From positions 27,035-91,034 of the forward strand of contig DRHS01000127.1 of assembly GCA_011053095.1 (NCBI GenBank): 64,000 nt of DNA. Direction: 5' to 3'. A model generated the notes under the pieces. That model was not told the DNA's origin. It saw only the letters and a list, made by a program, of their open reading frames with translations, and ran no database searches. Position numbers and translations under genes: made by a program. This document shows, one piece after another, positions 29,944-39,256 of the stretch. Source of the DNA: Bacteroides sp. (GTDB lineage Bacteria > Bacteroidota > Bacteroidia > Bacteroidales > SM23-62). How positions within the stretch are numbered: position 1 is the first letter of the stretch; each line of letters begins with the position of its first letter.

Positions 29944-31047
29944 ATGGGCAGAACAATCAGAATTCTTATTGTAACACTTTTGATATCCTGGTTTGGTACC
30001 GGGAAAAATTGGGCAAGTATTACAGATTCAATTTCAGAGCCTGATACTGCCAACCTGCTCACTTTCACTCTCTTTCCTGAGTCAGACCCCTTCCACACTG
30101 ATGAGTACATGCATATTACCCTGAAATTTGATATGCGGAAATTCATCAGGGAAAAACATAAGGAAAAATATCATGATGCCATCCTTGGTATAGAAGAGGA
30201 AGATGGTGGCATATTCGAAGACAGCATCCGGATCATAGCCAGAGGCGAGTTCCGTAAAAATCATTGTTACTTCCCTCCCATTAAACTGAATTTTAAGAAA
30301 AGTGAATTTGAGGAAGTCTACATGAATGATATCAAAACACTGAAACTGGTAACTTACTGTAAAAACAGTGAGACATACCAGCAGTATATCTTAAAGGAAT
30401 TCATGGTCTACCGGATGTTCAATATTCTTACAGATAACAGCTACCGTGTGAGGCTGATTGAAATAGAATATATTGATTCAAAGGCAAAAAAAAAGTCGCT
30501 TAGCAAATACGGATTCATTATTGAGAGCAATAACCACCTGGCAAAGCGAATTGAAGCAGTGAGGATTGAGAGGGAAGGCATAACAACATGGCAAACAGAA
30601 CAATATCAAACCAACCTTATGGTTCTTTTTCAGTTTATGATTGGAAACTCAGACTGGGCGATTAAAAATCAGCATAATATTCGATTGTTTAAACAATTGG
30701 ATCATCCTATCCTGACCCCGCTTGCTGTACCATACGATTTTGATTATTCCGGAATGGTTAATACCTATTATGCAATTCCTCCGGAGGAACTTGGAATAGA
30801 ATCTGTAAGGGAAAGAATATACAGGGGATACTGCCTGAGATCTGAAGCAGAATACCAGAAATATATCAGAATATTCCTTGAACATAAAGAGGAATTGTAT
30901 TCCCTGGTCAGGAATTTTAATCTGCTTGATGAAAGGCATCGCAAGGAAATGCTGGTTTACCTTGATGAGTACTACGAAATTATTGAAAACCCGGTACGGG
31001 TAAAAAGGGAAATCATGGATGCATGCCAGGAGATGCCTGCCCGCTGA
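29944..31047 (+). CDS. secreted hypothetical protein, possibly CotH-like (atypical kinase fold)
   Basis: Signal peptide. MIGNSDWAIKNQHN ... PYDFDYSGM resembles the CotH GNxDw/HN/wDxD pattern. This is my motif reading only. Confidence 0.5.
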   Translation: MGRTIRILIVTLLISWFGTGKNWASITDSISEPDTANLLTFTLFPESDPFHTDEYMHITLKFDMRKFIREKHKEKYHDAILGIEEEDGGIFEDSIRIIARGEFRKNHCYFPPIKLNFKKSEFEEVYMNDIKTLKLVTYCKNSETYQQYILKEFMVYRMFNILTDNSYRVRLIEIEYIDSKAKKKSLSKYGFIIESNNHLAKRIEAVRIEREGITTWQTEQYQTNLMVLFQFMIGNSDWAIKNQHNIRLFKQLDHPILTPLAVPYDFDYSGMVNTYYAIPPEELGIESVRERIYRGYCLRSEAEYQKYIRIFLEHKEELYSLVRNFNLLDERHRKEMLVYLDEYYEIIENPVRVKREIMDACQEMPAR

Positions 31048-31056
31048 TAATGTAAA

Positions 31057-31989
31057 TTATTTCCGACCCAGAGTTCTGGCAAATTCCCTGGAAATATAAT
31101 TATCATAATGCATGCAAACATGTGAAGCCAGTTTTACACCTGTTTCAGCCAAGGCCTGCAAATCCTTATCACCAATACTCTCAAGATCCTTTCTATGCAA
31201 ACCATTCTGTAAAAGGTAAAGCAGGATTCCCGCATTAAAATTATCTCCTGCCCCGATTGTACTTACCGGGGTAATTATCTCCCCAGGTACATTGACACTG
31301 CTTGATCTGAATCTGACCTGAACTCCTCGGGTATTCCTCGTATAAAGAAGAACTTTCCTCTCGGTATTTACCTGATCTGAGACCTGGGACAGATCTTCAA
31401 GTCCAAATATCAGTTTAAAATCCTCATCCGATCCCCGAACGATATCAGCATATTCAATATTTTCAATGATCCTGGGCTTGAGTTCCTCCAGTTCAGAAAG
31501 ATGAGACTTCCTGAAATTCGGGTCATAAATGATCAGGCATCCTTTCTCTTTTCCCATTTTCAGGAATCTAAATACAGAAGCCCTCACTTCCTTTGAACTT
31601 GCATAGATCGACCCGAACAGGATAATATCTTCCGAACTCAGGTCGGCCGGAAGATCCTGGAGACGCTTCTTCGGGAAGTCCTTATAGAATGTATAATTGG
31701 CATTGTTTTCACTGTCAAGGAAGGCCAATGCAAGAGCTGATTTCCCATCAGAGAACCTGCTGACATACCTCGTATTGACTCCATTGCCCGTAAGAAAATT
31801 ATCAATAATCTTTCCTACATCATCATTTGCGTATTCGCTTATGAAAAAGGGGTTCCATCCAAGTCTTCCGAGCGAAACAAATGTGTTCAGAACAGACCCT
31901 CCTGGCTTTGCAGCGACGGGCTGTCCGTTTTTAAAGATAATATCGAGTACTGTTTCACCGAATCCAAAAACCCTTCTCATGTGTCTCAC
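31057..31989 (-). CDS. PfkB family carbohydrate kinase (fructokinase-like)
   Basis: GGSVLN N-terminal motif and C-terminal TIGAGDNFNAG anion-hole motif. Confidence 0.9.
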   Translation of the reverse strand: MRHMRRVFGFGETVLDIIFKNGQPVAAKPGGSVLNTFVSLGRLGWNPFFISEYANDDVGKIIDNFLTGNGVNTRYVSRFSDGKSALALAFLDSENNANYTFYKDFPKKRLQDLPADLSSEDIILFGSIYASSKEVRASVFRFLKMGKEKGCLIIYDPNFRKSHLSELEELKPRIIENIEYADIVRGSDEDFKLIFGLEDLSQVSDQVNTERKVLLYTRNTRGVQVRFRSSSVNVPGEIITPVSTIGAGDNFNAGILLYLLQNGLHRKDLESIGDKDLQALAETGVKLASHVCMHYDNYISREFARTLGRK

Positions 31990-32528
31990 TTTACAAGTTT
32001 GGAAATTGCTTTAAACTCTTCCGTTCCGGAAAACCTGCATAATTCAAAAAGGACAGATTCGCAGGTACTGACAATTGCACCCTCATCACGGATCCTTTTC
32101 ATGGCTGTAATCTTATCCTGCGGTTTGCGTGAGGAAACACAATCTTCTATAACAACGGGCATAAAACCCTTCTCAATCAAATCAATTACCGTTTGGAGCA
32201 CACATACATGACTTTCTATACCTGCAATAATTATGAATTGGCGCTGATCTGCTTCCAGGGCTTTTATCATCTCAGGTTCATCACAACAGGAGAACGCTGT
32301 TTTTTCGATATGTTTGAATGACTCGAAGAGTCCCTCAATAACCGTAATAGTGCGACCAAGTCCCTTGCTGTATTGTTGTGTCACATTCACCGGGATCCCA
32401 AGAACCTGCAGTCCCCTGATAAGCACTTCCGTATTTGCTGCAATGGTATCGTGTTCATGTATGTGCGGGAATAGCCTTTCCTGAATATCAATAATAAGAG
32501 CTGCTGCATTTTCAGACTGAATCCTCAT
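31986..32528 (-). CDS. isochorismatase family hydrolase
   Basis: AALIIDIQ and GIESHVCVLQT (catalytic Cys) motifs. The ORF track extends to 32585, but the ATG at 32528 removes the overlap with the upstream SIS gene and gives a typical N-terminus. Confidence 0.8.
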   Translation of the reverse strand: MRIQSENAAALIIDIQERLFPHIHEHDTIAANTEVLIRGLQVLGIPVNVTQQYSKGLGRTITVIEGLFESFKHIEKTAFSCCDEPEMIKALEADQRQFIIIAGIESHVCVLQTVIDLIEKGFMPVVIEDCVSSRKPQDKITAMKRIRDEGAIVSTCESVLFELCRFSGTEEFKAISKLVK

Positions 32529-32532
32529 ACCA

Positions 32533-33126
32533 TCATGTTTTTCTGGATTTATGTCCCAGATAACCTCCATGGTGCCTCTTTGCATATTCGGATGGAGAAA
32601 ACCCGATCTTTTTCATCTGGAGAACAACCAGTACATCCCCTATGACAGTCATGGTGGTTGTTGAAGTTGTAGGGGTAAGTTTCAGGAGACAAACCTCTTC
32701 GGGATTGCCGGTACTAATTACCACATCGGCTTTTTCTGCAAGTTCTGATTCAGGATTTCCGGTAATAACAATCAGTGGCAAAACCCCGTTCAGGTTTTCA
32801 GCGAGGTGGACCAGTTCTATTATCTCCCTTGTTTTACCCGAATTGCTGATCAGCAACAACAGGTCGTTCTTCTGAATAATCCCCAGATCCCCATGCTGTG
32901 CGTCGCTGGGATGAAGAAATACGGAAGGTGTTCCGGTTGAACTGAAGGTGGTAGCCATGTTAAGGGCAATCTGTCCCGCCTTGCCCATGCCACTGAAAAC
33001 CAGCTTTCCTTTCAATTCATGCACTTGTTTATATATCAGCTCCGTAGCCTTATAAAATGCATCACTCGCCGGAATATTAAGAATCGCATCGGCTTCATGT
33101 TTTAACAGGTCCCTGATTTCTTTCAT
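32533..33126 (-). CDS. single-domain SIS sugar-phosphate isomerase (KdsD/KpsF-like, no CBS domains)
   Basis: GMGKAG and SNSGKT SIS motifs. C-terminal HHGGYLG matches the KdsD HPGGxLG linker. The protein ends where CBS domains would normally start. Confidence 0.8.
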   Translation of the reverse strand: MKEIRDLLKHEADAILNIPASDAFYKATELIYKQVHELKGKLVFSGMGKAGQIALNMATTFSSTGTPSVFLHPSDAQHGDLGIIQKNDLLLLISNSGKTREIIELVHLAENLNGVLPLIVITGNPESELAEKADVVISTGNPEEVCLLKLTPTTSTTTMTVIGDVLVVLQMKKIGFSPSEYAKRHHGGYLGHKSRKT

Positions 33127-33139
33127 TAATCCGGATGGT

Positions 33140-34096
33140 TTACAAAAATTCCAAAATCATTTCTTTAAGTTTGTTCAGGTCGGCATTGAAACGTCTTATG
33201 CCCTCAGACAATTTCTCTGTTGCCATTGCACTCTCATTGAGCATCCATCGGAATGATTTCTCATCGAGGGAGATTTTTTGAATATCAGATTCCATGGCCT
33301 CATCCGGAACCAATTTTCGCAGCAGATTCCCTTCCATTCCTTCCAGCTCAGCCAGAAGTGCAGGGGAAATGGTCAGCAGATCGCATCCGGCCAATTCAAT
33401 AATCTCCTCCGTATTCCTGAAGCTGGCTCCCATAACCTCTGTCGTGTATCCGAACTTCTTATAATACCTGTAAATCTCCCTTACGGACATAACCCCTGGA
33501 TCTTCAGCTCCTGGTATATGATCCACTCCCCTATCCTTTTTATACCAGTCATAAATCCTTCCAACAAAAGGTGAAATCAGTTGAACACCCGCCTCAGCGC
33601 ATGCAATAGCCTGTGCCATGCTGAACAGCAGAGTAAGGTTGCAATGAATTCCTTCTTTTTCAAGTATTTCTGCAGCCTTTATTCCTTCCCAGGTTGTGGC
33701 AAGTTTTATTAGAATCTTATCACGGGATATGCCGGATTCTTCATACATGCTTATCAACTTTCTTGCTTTTTCAAGGGAAGCTTCAGTATCAAATGACAGA
33801 CTCGCATCCACCTCCGTTGACACACGGCGTGGAACGACCTTGAGTATTTCCAGTCCGAAATTAACAGCCAGCTTATCCAGTATATGGTCCATTCTTTCCT
33901 CTGTCCCACCAGCCTGTGATTTTCCAAAAGAAACGGCATCAGTGACAAGTGACCTGTACCTGTCATTTTGGGCTGCTGCAAGTATGAGTGAAGGATTAGT
34001 GGTTGCATCAATCGGTTTAAATCTTTCAATTGACTGAAAATCACCAGTGTCTGCAACGACTTCGGTGAGTTGTTTAAGTTGTTCCAGTATGTTCAT
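33140..34096 (-). CDS. tal: transaldolase
   Basis: [15 protein letters not shown] and [10 protein letters not shown] (Schiff-base Lys region) motifs, 318 aa. Confidence 0.92.
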   Translation of the reverse strand: MNILEQLKQLTEVVADTGDFQSIERFKPIDATTNPSLILAAAQNDRYRSLVTDAVSFGKSQAGGTEERMDHILDKLAVNFGLEILKVVPRRVSTEVDASLSFDTEASLEKARKLISMYEESGISRDKILIKLATTWEGIKAAEILEKEGIHCNLTLLFSMAQAIACAEAGVQLISPFVGRIYDWYKKDRGVDHIPGAEDPGVMSVREIYRYYKKFGYTTEVMGASFRNTEEIIELAGCDLLTISPALLAELEGMEGNLLRKLVPDEAMESDIQKISLDEKSFRWMLNESAMATEKLSEGIRRFNADLNKLKEMILEFL

Positions 34097-34181
34097 TATG
34101 ATCTCAAAGATAATTGATATATGTTTATAATTGGGGATTTAATATTCTGTATTTTTAGAGTGAATCTTTAAATGGTGGTTT

Positions 34182-35216
34182 ATGAAATCAATGGCTCTCA
34201 CAGGAATTGCTGAAATGGGAATGATAACCGGTTCCAATCCGGGCATTAAAAATGACAATGAGGTACTGATACAGGTATCCCATATGGGGGTATGCGGATC
34301 GGATATGCACTATTATAGTACCGGCCAGATAGGAGATAACAAGGTTGAATATCCTTTTGTACTGGGACACGAAGGATCAGGGGTGATTGTCGAAACGGGG
34401 GCAGCTGTTGCCGGATTAAAGAAGGGACAAAGAATTGCCATTGAACCTGCCATGCCATGCCATAAATGTGACCAGTGCTTAAACGGCAGAACTCACACTT
34501 GCCGGAACATGATTTTTCTTGGTAGCGCGGGACAGGCTCCCGGACTACTTTCTGAGAGAATTGTAATGCCGGCGGAAAGCTGTTTTCCCATTCCCGAATC
34601 TCTCCAAAGTGATCTTGCTGTTATGGCTGAGCCCCTCTCGATTGCTGTCTGGGCAGCAGACCTGGCTGGAGTTCAAACGGGGATGTCTATTGGGATACTT
34701 GGCATCGGTCCCATAGGAATGAGCTTAATGAACTACTGCCGTTTCCTTGGAGCAGAAAAGATTTACGTAACAGACAAGCTGGATTACAGGCTAATAATGG
34801 CAGAAAAAGCTGGTGGCGTGTGGACAGGGAATCCTGACAAATCAGATGTTGTATCCGGGATAAACCATGAAGAGCCTTTGGGGATTGACATAGTATTCGA
34901 CTGCTGCGGGATGCAGGAAGCCATGGACCAGGGCATCGAAATTCTGAAACCGGGCGGTAAAATTATGATCGTTGGCATTCCTGAGTTTGATAACTGGATT
35001 CTATCCGCAGATCTGACCCGGAGGAAAGAGGTATGTTTTCAGAATGTTCGCCGACAAAATGACCGGATGCAAAAAGCAATTGACCTTATAGTAGAATCAA
35101 AAGTAGATATGTCATCCATGATAACACACCGATTCCCTTTCGAATCAGCAGGTAAAGCCTTTGATATTGTATCGGGCTACAGGGAGGGTGTAATGAAAGC
35201 CATCATTGAAATCTAA
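34182..35216 (+). CDS. zinc-dependent alcohol/polyol dehydrogenase (MDR family, sorbitol/threonine DH-like)
   Basis: GVCGSDMHYY and GHEGSGVIVE Zn motifs, structural Zn Cys cluster CHKCDQCLNGRTHTC, GIGPIG NAD motif. Confidence 0.9.
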   Translation: MKSMALTGIAEMGMITGSNPGIKNDNEVLIQVSHMGVCGSDMHYYSTGQIGDNKVEYPFVLGHEGSGVIVETGAAVAGLKKGQRIAIEPAMPCHKCDQCLNGRTHTCRNMIFLGSAGQAPGLLSERIVMPAESCFPIPESLQSDLAVMAEPLSIAVWAADLAGVQTGMSIGILGIGPIGMSLMNYCRFLGAEKIYVTDKLDYRLIMAEKAGGVWTGNPDKSDVVSGINHEEPLGIDIVFDCCGMQEAMDQGIEILKPGGKIMIVGIPEFDNWILSADLTRRKEVCFQNVRRQNDRMQKAIDLIVESKVDMSSMITHRFPFESAGKAFDIVSGYREGVMKAIIEI

Positions 35217-35227
35217 TCCATATCCCG

Positions 35228-37912
35228 ATGAAGAAAATACTAAATGCCGTTCTGATATTCGTGTTTCTTATCGGATTAAGCAATTGTAATAAAAGTTCAG
35301 AGACTAAACCCTTTAAATCATATTGGAATCTGCTTCCTGACAGGTATTGGATCGGTCCCGAATTCTGGGCCAACCGATTGCAGGACTGGCAGTTAAAAAA
35401 TGGCAGAGTAGAATGCACAAATCCTGTTCAACCCAAGCGAACCCTTCACATGCTCAACAGGTACCTTTCCAGCCGCCCGGGTTCATTTAAGATGGTGGTC
35501 AATACCGGTATAATCAAAAAATCCGAAGACGCAGTATGGTCCGGTTTTCTCTTTGGAGCCGGTCCGGAATCAGTGGATTTCAGGAGACGGTCCCTGGTTC
35601 ATGGATCATTTGGCCGGGGAGGCGGTTTGATTGCAGCAGTCAGTGAAAAAGGTGAATTGCTGATCATTGATAATGAGACAGGAAAGGAGATGCAAAAAGT
35701 TCAGGTACCTCTTCAACCGGGAGTAAAAATTCCTGGTTCATTTTTACTCACTCTGGAGCTCTTTCCCAGGGGTGAACAATACAATATGGTTGTAACGGTT
35801 GCTGATCCTGAGACCAAGGAGCAGATCTCACAAATTGATACACTTATTAGAAGGGATGGGAATTTTGGAGGAAATATGGCCCTGATTTGCAACGGGGGCA
35901 GTTTCTGGTTTGACAACTGGAATATGGAAGGTTCCAAGATTCGTGTAGCAGAAAATCAGAAACTCGGTCCCGTGATCGGGACACAATACACCCTGAGTGA
36001 CGGAACCCTGAAACTTACAGCTCAGCTTCCACCGTTGAGTGAGTCAGATGAACAGGAAGTAGAAATGCAAATCATGGATGCCGGAAGCGGAAAATGGAGT
36101 ACTCTTGTCACCAGTCAGCTAAAAGTTCCCGGATACATTGCATGTTTTAAAATACCTGATTGGAATCATGAAATACGCCACGATTACAGGATAATGTATC
36201 CCGTTACCGATGCAGATGGTACACAGAAACCATATTATTATTATGGTGTAATTGTACAGGACCCCAGAAACCGGGATGAAATAATTGTCGCTGCTTTTAC
36301 AGGCAATAGCAATAGTCATGGAAACATCAACGGGAAAGAATTCGATTTTGCAGGCAAGCTCTGGTTTCCACATGAAGATATCACTTCATATGTTGCCAAG
36401 CACCAGCCTGATCTGTTATTTTATTCCGGTGACAATGTCTACGAAGGCAGACCTACTCCACCGGATTTAAGTTCCGACCTTAACACGGGACTCGATTACC
36501 TGTATAAATGGTACATGTTTCTGTGGGCTCATGGTGAACTAACCAGGAACATACCCGCTGTTTCAATCCCGGATGACCACGATGTGTATCATGGTAACAT
36601 ATGGGGAGCATCCGGAGCAAAAGCACCTACAAAACCAGCAGGAGGCTTATACCCGGATTATTATAAGGGATTCCAGGGACACTGGAAGCAGGACCAGGGA
36701 GGATATAAACTTTCTGCCGAACTGGTTAACATGATTCAGCAAACCCAGGTTAGCCATCTTCCTGATCCGTTTGATCCGGCGCCGGTGAAACAGGGGATCG
36801 GTGTCTATTACTGTAATATTAATTACGGTAGGATCAGCTGGGCAGTATTGGAGGACAGAAAATTCAAATCTCCTCCCTCAAAGATTCTTTCCCAATACCA
36901 GGTTATAAATGGTTTCAGCCAGATAAAGGGAATCGATGGAAGAAGACTTGATTCCCCGGATGCATCATTACTCGGGGAAAGACAATTGTCATTTCTGAGA
37001 GACTGGTCTGCCGATTGGCGAAGTGTTGACATGAAAGTTGCACTCAGCCAAACCATTTTTGCTAATCTGTCTACCTATCCCGATACATTCCAGACCGACG
37101 CCCAGACTCCAAGGCTGCCTGTTTTGCCGCAGGGGGTAATACCAAGGGATTACAGCAAGGCGAAGGATATGGATTCAAATGGGTGGCCACAAACTGGCAG
37201 GAACAAGGCCCTTAATGAAATACGGAAAGGATTTGCTGTAATGATCGGAGGTGACCAGCACCTGGGATCAGTTATTCACCATGGAGTAGATGATTGGGAG
37301 GATGCCGGCTATTCATTCTGTGTACCTTCAATCGCAAATCTTTGGCCACGAAGATGGTTTCCTCCTGATCCCGGAGAAAACTACCAGGAAGGAATGCCTC
37401 GATATACTGGAAGGTATTTGGACGGATTCGGCAACAGGATTACGGTACATGCTGTCTCCAATCCATCTATCTCTGAACAGGAACCAGTCCTGCTGCATGA
37501 CAGGGCCCCTGGATATGGAATCATTCGACTTAATAAAAAGACCCAGGAAGTAACTTTTGAATGCTGGCCAAGGCATAGCGATCCTGAAGCATACAATGCA
37601 GAACAATATCCAGGCTGGCCTGTAACACTCCAGATGCAGGATAATTATGCAAGAAAAGCTGCAGGATGGCTTCCTCCAATTATCGTAAGTGGACTTGAAC
37701 GCCCTCCTGTTATCCAGATCCTAAATGAAATAACCGGCGAAATTATTTACACCCTTCGTATTTCTTCTAACAATTACCAGGCAAGGGTATTTGAAAACGG
37801 CAATTACTCAATTATTGTTGGTGAACCCGGAACACCCCTGATGAAAAAAATTTCCGGTCTTGTAGCCTCAGATTCCAGAGATCAGGAAGCCCTTTCAGTA
37901 ATCTTCCAGTAA
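35228..37912 (+). CDS. large secreted metallophosphoesterase (PhoD-like) with ~340-aa N-terminal domain of unknown function
   Basis: Lipoprotein-like signal (LIGLSNC). SGDNVYEG, IPDDHDVYHGN and GGDQHLGSVIHHG match the calcineurin/PhoD-type metal ligand pattern. Confidence 0.7.
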   Translation: MKKILNAVLIFVFLIGLSNCNKSSETKPFKSYWNLLPDRYWIGPEFWANRLQDWQLKNGRVECTNPVQPKRTLHMLNRYLSSRPGSFKMVVNTGIIKKSEDAVWSGFLFGAGPESVDFRRRSLVHGSFGRGGGLIAAVSEKGELLIIDNETGKEMQKVQVPLQPGVKIPGSFLLTLELFPRGEQYNMVVTVADPETKEQISQIDTLIRRDGNFGGNMALICNGGSFWFDNWNMEGSKIRVAENQKLGPVIGTQYTLSDGTLKLTAQLPPLSESDEQEVEMQIMDAGSGKWSTLVTSQLKVPGYIACFKIPDWNHEIRHDYRIMYPVTDADGTQKPYYYYGVIVQDPRNRDEIIVAAFTGNSNSHGNINGKEFDFAGKLWFPHEDITSYVAKHQPDLLFYSGDNVYEGRPTPPDLSSDLNTGLDYLYKWYMFLWAHGELTRNIPAVSIPDDHDVYHGNIWGASGAKAPTKPAGGLYPDYYKGFQGHWKQDQGGYKLSAELVNMIQQTQVSHLPDPFDPAPVKQGIGVYYCNINYGRISWAVLEDRKFKSPPSKILSQYQVINGFSQIKGIDGRRLDSPDASLLGERQLSFLRDWSADWRSVDMKVALSQTIFANLSTYPDTFQTDAQTPRLPVLPQGVIPRDYSKAKDMDSNGWPQTGRNKALNEIRKGFAVMIGGDQHLGSVIHHGVDDWEDAGYSFCVPSIANLWPRRWFPPDPGENYQEGMPRYTGRYLDGFGNRITVHAVSNPSISEQEPVLLHDRAPGYGIIRLNKKTQEVTFECWPRHSDPEAYNAEQYPGWPVTLQMQDNYARKAAGWLPPIIVSGLERPPVIQILNEITGEIIYTLRISSNNYQARVFENGNYSIIVGEPGTPLMKKISGLVASDSRDQEALSVIFQ

Positions 37913-37935
37913 GAGTATATATCTTTTTAATCATT

Positions 37936-37967
37936 TGCCTCATCCAAATGGGTGAGGCATTTTTTTT
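37936..37967 (+). terminator. rho-independent terminator
   Basis: Stem TGCCTCATCC / GGGTGAGGCA (one mismatch), 4-nt loop, then T8. Confidence 0.8.
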
Positions 37968-38086
37968 GGAAAAATATATTATTACTCTATTTCATTACCC
38001 CCCCTTTTCTATTTGCCTTATAGTGTTATTTTATACTTTATTTTAATATACCCCCCTATTTATGTTATCTAATTGAAATATTTATA

Positions 38087-38094
38087 TACTTTTG
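38087..38094 (+). promoter_or_regulatory. candidate Bacteroidetes -7 box (TACTTTTG)
   Basis: Matches TAnnTTTG about 42 nt upstream of the OM barrel gene start. I could not find a convincing -33 TTTG. Confidence 0.35.
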
Positions 38095-38135
38095 TAGCGA
38101 ACGAATTATTAATGTAACATTAAAACCTGTGTATT

Positions 38136-38840
38136 ATGAAAAAGATTACCTACATCTCATTGCTATTATTTGCTCTAAGCATATCACTTGCTCCATATTC
38201 ACAGTTACAGGCTCAGGATGACGAATCAGAATCACCAATCAGTATCGGTGCCGATTTGGTCAGCCGGTATGTATGGAGGGGTACAGACTTAGGAACTTCT
38301 CCAAGTATTCAACCCTATATCGAAGTCGGATTTGGCGGATTTGCTATAGGTGCATTGGGTGCCTATACCACGAACCTGCCGGGAGTACAGGAAATGGACC
38401 TCTATGCCAACTATACTTATAATGACCTGGTTACAGTAGGAATTACTGATTATTTCTTCCCGGATGAAATTGGAGGATATAATTATTTTGATTATAAAAA
38501 TGATTCATCGGGACATATTTTTGAGGCGATGGCTAGTTTTAACGGACTGGAAGACTTGCCTCTTTCGGCGATGATAGGCTATAACTTCTATGGTGACAAT
38601 TCATTTTATATCGAGTTAGGCTATGGCTTTTCAATGTTTGATATTTTCCTCGGTGCAGGTAATGGAATTTACACGGTTGAAGACCCAGGCCAAAGTGACA
38701 AGTTCGGAATCGTAAATATTGGAATATCTGCCAGCAAAGAAATATCTATTACAGATAATTATGGCATTCCCATCTCAGCAGCACTTATTACAAATCCAAA
38801 CTCAAAAGGAATCCATCTTGTATTTGGAATATCATTCTAA
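38136..38840 (+). CDS. outer-membrane beta-barrel protein (putative porin heading the glnK-amt operon)
   Basis: Signal peptide, alternating amphipathic beta-strand pattern, C-terminal aromatic residue (…LVFGISF). Confidence 0.7.
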   Translation: MKKITYISLLLFALSISLAPYSQLQAQDDESESPISIGADLVSRYVWRGTDLGTSPSIQPYIEVGFGGFAIGALGAYTTNLPGVQEMDLYANYTYNDLVTVGITDYFFPDEIGGYNYFDYKNDSSGHIFEAMASFNGLEDLPLSAMIGYNFYGDNSFYIELGYGFSMFDIFLGAGNGIYTVEDPGQSDKFGIVNIGISASKEISITDNYGIPISAALITNPNSKGIHLVFGISF

Positions 38841-38876
38841 GGATATTGAATTGATCATCAATAATATAGTTATAAA

Positions 38877-39224
38877 ATGAAAAAAATTGAAGCAATTATA
38901 CGAAAAACCAAATTCGAGGAAGTGAAAGAGACACTTCACGAATCAGGAATTGATTTTTTCACCTTCTTCCCTGCTACGGGAGTTGGTAAAGCACGTCAGA
39001 GCAGAGTTTACAGGGGTATCGCCTATGACACATCAAGCATTGAGCGTCTCTTGATATCAATTGTTGTAAGGGATATCAATGTCGATAAAACAATTGAGGC
39101 AATAATGAAGGCAGCCAATACAGGAGAGATTGGAGATGGAAAAATATTTGTCTCTGACATAATAGAGAGTTACAGGATACGTACCGGTGAGAAAGGAGAC
39201 GAATCCCTCTATACCAAGGATTAA
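38877..39224 (+). CDS. glnK: P-II family nitrogen regulator
   Basis: MKKIEAIIR N-terminus, T-loop-like segment, and TGEIGDGKIFV C-terminal signature. Directly upstream of amt. Confidence 0.9.
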   Translation: MKKIEAIIRKTKFEEVKETLHESGIDFFTFFPATGVGKARQSRVYRGIAYDTSSIERLLISIVVRDINVDKTIEAIMKAANTGEIGDGKIFVSDIIESYRIRTGEKGDESLYTKD

Positions 39225-39256
39225 CTATTAACAGAATTCAAGCAAAATATCATATC

